DNA of 39,461 nucleotides from an uncultured Bacilli bacterium (GTDB lineage Bacteria; Bacillota_I; Bacilli_A; RFN20; CAG-826): NCBI GenBank assembly GCA_905236395.1, contig CAJOPR010000022.1, positions 1 to 39,461 of the forward strand, read 5' to 3'. Shown piece by piece: positions 35,288 to 39,461 of this stretch (position 1 is its first letter; each line of letters starts with the position of its first letter). The notes under the pieces were generated by a model. It saw only the letters and a program-made list of their open reading frames with translations, ran no database searches and was not told where the DNA came from. The position numbers and the translations under genes were made by a program.

Positions 35288-37591
35288 ATGCAAGACATTT
35301 ATCAGACATTTGAATTCCAAAAAATTCAAGAATCCATCAAAGAGTATTCAAAAGCAGAATTAACCAGAGAGAGAATCTCTTCTTTAAGAATGTTTGCTTC
35401 TCAAAGAGAAGTGATTGAGTCTTTAAGCGATTTAAGTGAAATGATGTCCGTGGTCAATCGTTTTGGTGTCATGCCTATCGCCACAAGCGCGAACGCATTA
35501 TACCTGATAGATTTGGCTAAAAAGACCGCTTTATTGACTCCTAGAGATTTGAATCTCATTGCTGATGATGTCTTAACTAGCAAAGCTATTCTCAAATTCT
35601 TCTCTAAGATAGATGTTTCCTATCCTAGATTAAAATCTAAGGTGGATTCTTTCTGCGATCTAGATGCCTTAGAGAAAGAAATACATAGAGTTATTACTCC
35701 ATCCTTAACAGTCAGTGATAAAGCATCCCCGGAATTAAAAGCTATAAGAGATAAGATTAAAAAGATTGAGACTTCTTTAAATCAAAAAGTTGCATCTTTA
35801 TCTCTCACATATAGCAAGTATCTTAATGACGATAATGCGACGATTAGAGATGGCCATTTTGTCTTACCAGTAAAGACCGTTAGTAAGAGCAAAGTTCCCG
35901 GCATTATTTACGATGTCAGTGATAGTGGTGCGACCACATTTATTGAGCCAATGGAAATTGTCCAAATTAACAATCAATTGACCTCATTAAAGGTGGAAGA
36001 AAATGAGGAAGTTAGAAAGATTCTTAAAGCCATGACAGCGTTAGTTTTGCTCCAAGAAAAAGAGATTATTAAAAACAACGCAATCATTGCTGAATTAGAT
36101 TATTTAGTTGCTAAAAGTTTGTACGCAAATGAGATAAATGCAGTAGTGGCGGATAACTCCGAAAAACAAGTTGTTGACTTGATAAATGCTAGACATCCTC
36201 TCATTGATCAAAAGAAGGTAGTGGCAAACTCATATCACCTATATGATGAGAAGAGAATTGTCATTATCTCTGGTCCTAACGCTGGTGGTAAGACTGTCAG
36301 TTTAAAGACTGTTGGCATTATCACACTCATGAATCAGTGTGGGTTAGCAGTTCCATGTGATAAAGCCGAACTTGGATTCTTTAAAAACATCTATATTGAT
36401 ATCGGTGACAATCAGTCTTTGAGTGATAACTTGTCAACATTCTCAGCCCATATGAATCAGATTGGCGAAATTACCCAAATGATAGGCGGTAAGGACTTAT
36501 TATTAATCGATGAATTAGGAACAGGAACCGATCCAAAAGAAGGTGAAGCACTCGCTGTTTCCATTGTAAAATATTTAGAAGATAAACATTGTCTGGCGAT
36601 GATTTCCAGTCACTTCTCCGCGCTTAAAGAATACGCATTTATCAGTAAACATATTGATAATTCCTCAATGGTTTTTGATGAGGAAAAATTATCTCCAACA
36701 TATAAATTTAGACAAGGCGCACCTGGAATGTCTTATGCTCTTGATGTAGCCACAAGATATGGGATTTGCGAGGAAATTGTGGCAAATGCTAAAGATTTTA
36801 TCGCTAAAAACAGCACAGACGAAACCAATGAGTTAATTGTCATTCTCCAAAAGAAATTAGATGAAGCTAATAAGATTGATGAAGAAGCAAAAACAAAACT
36901 AAGAGACGCTGATTCTAAACTCAAGAAATTAGAAAATGACGAATCCACTTTAAAGATGAGAAGAGAGAAACTCATGGATGAAGTTAAGGAAGAAAAACAA
37001 CAGATTCTTGATAAGGCCAGAAAAGAAATTGATGAGATTATCGCTAGCATCAATCAAGATGGAATGGAACTCCATGAAGTCGCAAAGATTAAGAAGAGAT
37101 TTAATGATCTTCAAGACGCTCCTGAAGAAATTGTTTATAACGAACAAATTGAGATTAATGATTATGTAGAGATCCCTTCTCTCAGCATTTATGGTAGGGT
37201 AACAAGAATTAATGGAAATAAGGCGCATGTGTCTTCTGATAGTGGACTTGCTTATGATGTGGAAATTGAGAAATTGCACAAGACAAATGCTCCTAAAAAA
37301 GACTCAGCAAAAAGGAAAACAAGTTCCATTGATTTTGCTATTGATACTAAAGTTGGACTTGAATTAAACATCATTGGAATGCACGTTGAGGAAGCACAAA
37401 TTGCCCTCATCAAATATATCGATACATGCCGTATCAAGAGATTCAAGCAAGTGAGAATTATTCATGGTTTTGGTAGCGGCGCTCTCCGCAAAATGACCAG
37501 AGATTATTTAGATAAACAAAGCGATTTAACTTATCGTGCTGGCGATGGTTCTGAGGGTGGCGGTGGAGCCACTGTGGTGATATTCAAATGA
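35288..37591 (+). CDS. mutS2: MutS2 (RqcU) with C-terminal Smr domain
   Basis: GPNAGGKT, LSTFS, DELGTGTDP, coiled coil, IIHGFGSG, GGGATVV. Confidence 0.95.
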   Translation: MQDIYQTFEFQKIQESIKEYSKAELTRERISSLRMFASQREVIESLSDLSEMMSVVNRFGVMPIATSANALYLIDLAKKTALLTPRDLNLIADDVLTSKAILKFFSKIDVSYPRLKSKVDSFCDLDALEKEIHRVITPSLTVSDKASPELKAIRDKIKKIETSLNQKVASLSLTYSKYLNDDNATIRDGHFVLPVKTVSKSKVPGIIYDVSDSGATTFIEPMEIVQINNQLTSLKVEENEEVRKILKAMTALVLLQEKEIIKNNAIIAELDYLVAKSLYANEINAVVADNSEKQVVDLINARHPLIDQKKVVANSYHLYDEKRIVIISGPNAGGKTVSLKTVGIITLMNQCGLAVPCDKAELGFFKNIYIDIGDNQSLSDNLSTFSAHMNQIGEITQMIGGKDLLLIDELGTGTDPKEGEALAVSIVKYLEDKHCLAMISSHFSALKEYAFISKHIDNSSMVFDEEKLSPTYKFRQGAPGMSYALDVATRYGICEEIVANAKDFIAKNSTDETNELIVILQKKLDEANKIDEEAKTKLRDADSKLKKLENDESTLKMRREKLMDEVKEEKQQILDKARKEIDEIIASINQDGMELHEVAKIKKRFNDLQDAPEEIVYNEQIEINDYVEIPSLSIYGRVTRINGNKAHVSSDSGLAYDVEIEKLHKTNAPKKDSAKRKTSSIDFAIDTKVGLELNIIGMHVEEAQIALIKYIDTCRIKRFKQVRIIHGFGSGALRKMTRDYLDKQSDLTYRAGDGSEGGGGATVVIFK

Positions 37592-39339
37592 CCGAAAGAA
37601 TTAAGACGTTAATTGCGAATCTTAAACACCTTCCTGGTGTCTATTTGATGCACGATAAAGATGGCAACATCATCTATGTCGGCAAGGCTAAAGATTTATA
37701 TAAAAGAGTGAGCCAATATTTCTTAAGACCGCAGTCCGGTAAAGTCTTTAAGATGGTCACAAATGTGGAATACTTTGAAACCATCATTACGGCAAATGAA
37801 AAAGAAGCTCTCGTTTTAGAAATGAATCTCATTCAGAAATATTACCCGAGATATAACGTCTTGCTTAAGGATGGAAGCCATTATCCATATATCGCTTTAA
37901 AGAAGAAAGGAGATCCTATTCTCGTTATTAAAAGAAATAATAAGGATAAGAACTATGATTACTTCGGACCATTCCCTAATTCAGGTGCAGCGTATCAGAC
38001 AATTTCTTTATTAAACAAGATATTTCCTATAAGGAAGTGCCAAACTCTTCCTACTTCTACATGCCTTTATTATCACTTAGGGCAATGCCTTGGACCATGT
38101 GTTAATAAGATTGATGAAGAAGTATTTAATGGCTTAAGAGAAGAAATTAAGGCCTTCATGAGAGGTAATAACTCCAAGCAAAAAGCGGAAATAAAACAAA
38201 AGATGCTACAAGCTAGTGAGAATCTGGAGTTTGAAACTGCGAATGAATATAAGAAACTATTAGATTCTATTGATCACATTAATACTCAACAAAATGTTGA
38301 AAATAGTGATAAGAAAGATAGAGATATATTTGCCTTTTCATCCAGACAAGGCTATCTCGCTTTAGCGGTTCTTACATACCGCAAGGGCATATTATTAGGT
38401 AAACAAGTCTTTATCGTGGAAGAATTTGGTGACAATGAAGAGCAAGTCGCAGATTTGATGCTGCAATACTATGAAAAGTATCCAACAGCAAGTGAAGTGG
38501 TGATTAACAATAAGAATGTTATTGAGCTTTTAGATGGCTTGGTGGACGCAAATGTCGTGAATGTTACCAAAGGTAAGGTCCACGAACTAATCATCAACGC
38601 AAAAGAGAACGCAGATAACGCGTTAGATGAATATTTCTTATCCGCCAGATTAGACGCCAACAAGTTAGAGATGTTAGAGGAGCTTGGTAATATCATCGAT
38701 ATTCCAACTCCATTGCATATTGAATTATTTGATAATTCCCACTTACAAGGTTCATTCCCTGTGGGTGCGATGGTGGCATTTGTGAATGGTGAACCAGCAA
38801 AGAAGCTATATCGTAGATTCCTAATCAATCACGATGAAGCAAGAGATGACTTAAAGAGTATGCAAGAGGTTGTTTATCGTCATTATAAGAGACTAGTGGA
38901 TGAAGACTGTAAAATGCCTGATCTACTTTTAGTAGATGGTGGATTAAATCAAATTAACGCTGCCGCTTTAGCGCTTTTAGAAGCGGGAGCTAATATCCCA
39001 TTATTTGGTTTATATAAGAATGATAAGCATCAAACCGCTGGTTTAATTGATGGAAGTGGTAAAATCTATGAACTGAATAACAAAAATCTCTTCTTTATGC
39101 TTACCAGAATGCAAGATGAAGTTCATAGATTTGCTATTAGTTTCCATAAAGAGAAAAGAAATAAAGCCATGAGAGTGTCCATTTTAGATGACATTCCAGG
39201 ACTTGGTGATAAGAGAAAAGAAATGATTTATAGATCTTATTCAGATTTAGATAGTTTAAAGAATGCTTCTATTGAAGAGTTCTCCCAAATACTTCCCAGA
39301 GAGGTCGCGGAAGCCTTATATAATAAACTTCATAATTAA
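37588..39339 (+). CDS. uvrC: Excinuclease ABC subunit C
   Basis: PGVYLM, YVGKAK, PRYN, FDNSH, DGG, QDEVHRFAI, HhH IPGLG. Confidence 0.96.
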   Translation: MTERIKTLIANLKHLPGVYLMHDKDGNIIYVGKAKDLYKRVSQYFLRPQSGKVFKMVTNVEYFETIITANEKEALVLEMNLIQKYYPRYNVLLKDGSHYPYIALKKKGDPILVIKRNNKDKNYDYFGPFPNSGAAYQTISLLNKIFPIRKCQTLPTSTCLYYHLGQCLGPCVNKIDEEVFNGLREEIKAFMRGNNSKQKAEIKQKMLQASENLEFETANEYKKLLDSIDHINTQQNVENSDKKDRDIFAFSSRQGYLALAVLTYRKGILLGKQVFIVEEFGDNEEQVADLMLQYYEKYPTASEVVINNKNVIELLDGLVDANVVNVTKGKVHELIINAKENADNALDEYFLSARLDANKLEMLEELGNIIDIPTPLHIELFDNSHLQGSFPVGAMVAFVNGEPAKKLYRRFLINHDEARDDLKSMQEVVYRHYKRLVDEDCKMPDLLLVDGGLNQINAAALALLEAGANIPLFGLYKNDKHQTAGLIDGSGKIYELNNKNLFFMLTRMQDEVHRFAISFHKEKRNKAMRVSILDDIPGLGDKRKEMIYRSYSDLDSLKNASIEEFSQILPREVAEALYNKLHN

Positions 39340-39384
39340 CTTGAAATGACACAGTGTTTTCATTATTATAATAAACGCTGACAT

Positions 39385-39461
<77 letters not shown>

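Noticed and set aside
37588-37591. UGA-to-Trp recoding (genetic code 4)
   Set aside because: Long genes translate intact under code 11 using TGG, and TGA ends mutS2 at its expected C-terminus.
142-38828. Many 60-126 aa alternative-frame and antisense ORFs in the track (e.g. 28813-29193, 38469-38828, 2150-2521)
   Set aside because: They lie within well-supported genes, show no recognisable motifs and are expected shadows of codon bias.

Overview
AT-rich, gene-dense, almost entirely + strand chromosomal segment from a low-GC Bacillota-type bacterium using the standard genetic code (TGA is the mutS2 stop). The division cluster has no peptidoglycan genes, which suggests a genome-reduced, possibly wall-less Bacilli lineage (inference). 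1-13.7 kb is a starch/maltodextrin utilisation operon: partial GH13 amylase, a multidomain repeat lipoprotein, MalQ, a secreted pullulanase, a small lipoprotein, a MalEFGK-type ABC transporter and an orphan membrane protein. 13.8-14.09 kb is an element missed by the ORF track: a 20-aa hydrophobic peptide gene inside an extensively base-paired RNA, with an overlapping leader ORF and a candidate antisense promoter and terminator, best read as a type I toxin-antitoxin-like cassette. The rest is housekeeping: glgB-glgP-dUTPase, DUF523, YgjP-like, TrmH, pheST-yceD, mraZ-rsmH-two small membrane ORFs-ftsA-ftsZ, ileS-lspA-rluD, rnhC, mutS2-uvrC, and tRNA-Arg(TCT) ending at the last base. No CRISPR, transposase or prophage seen. 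All calls come from reading motifs by eye; no searches or folding programs were run.
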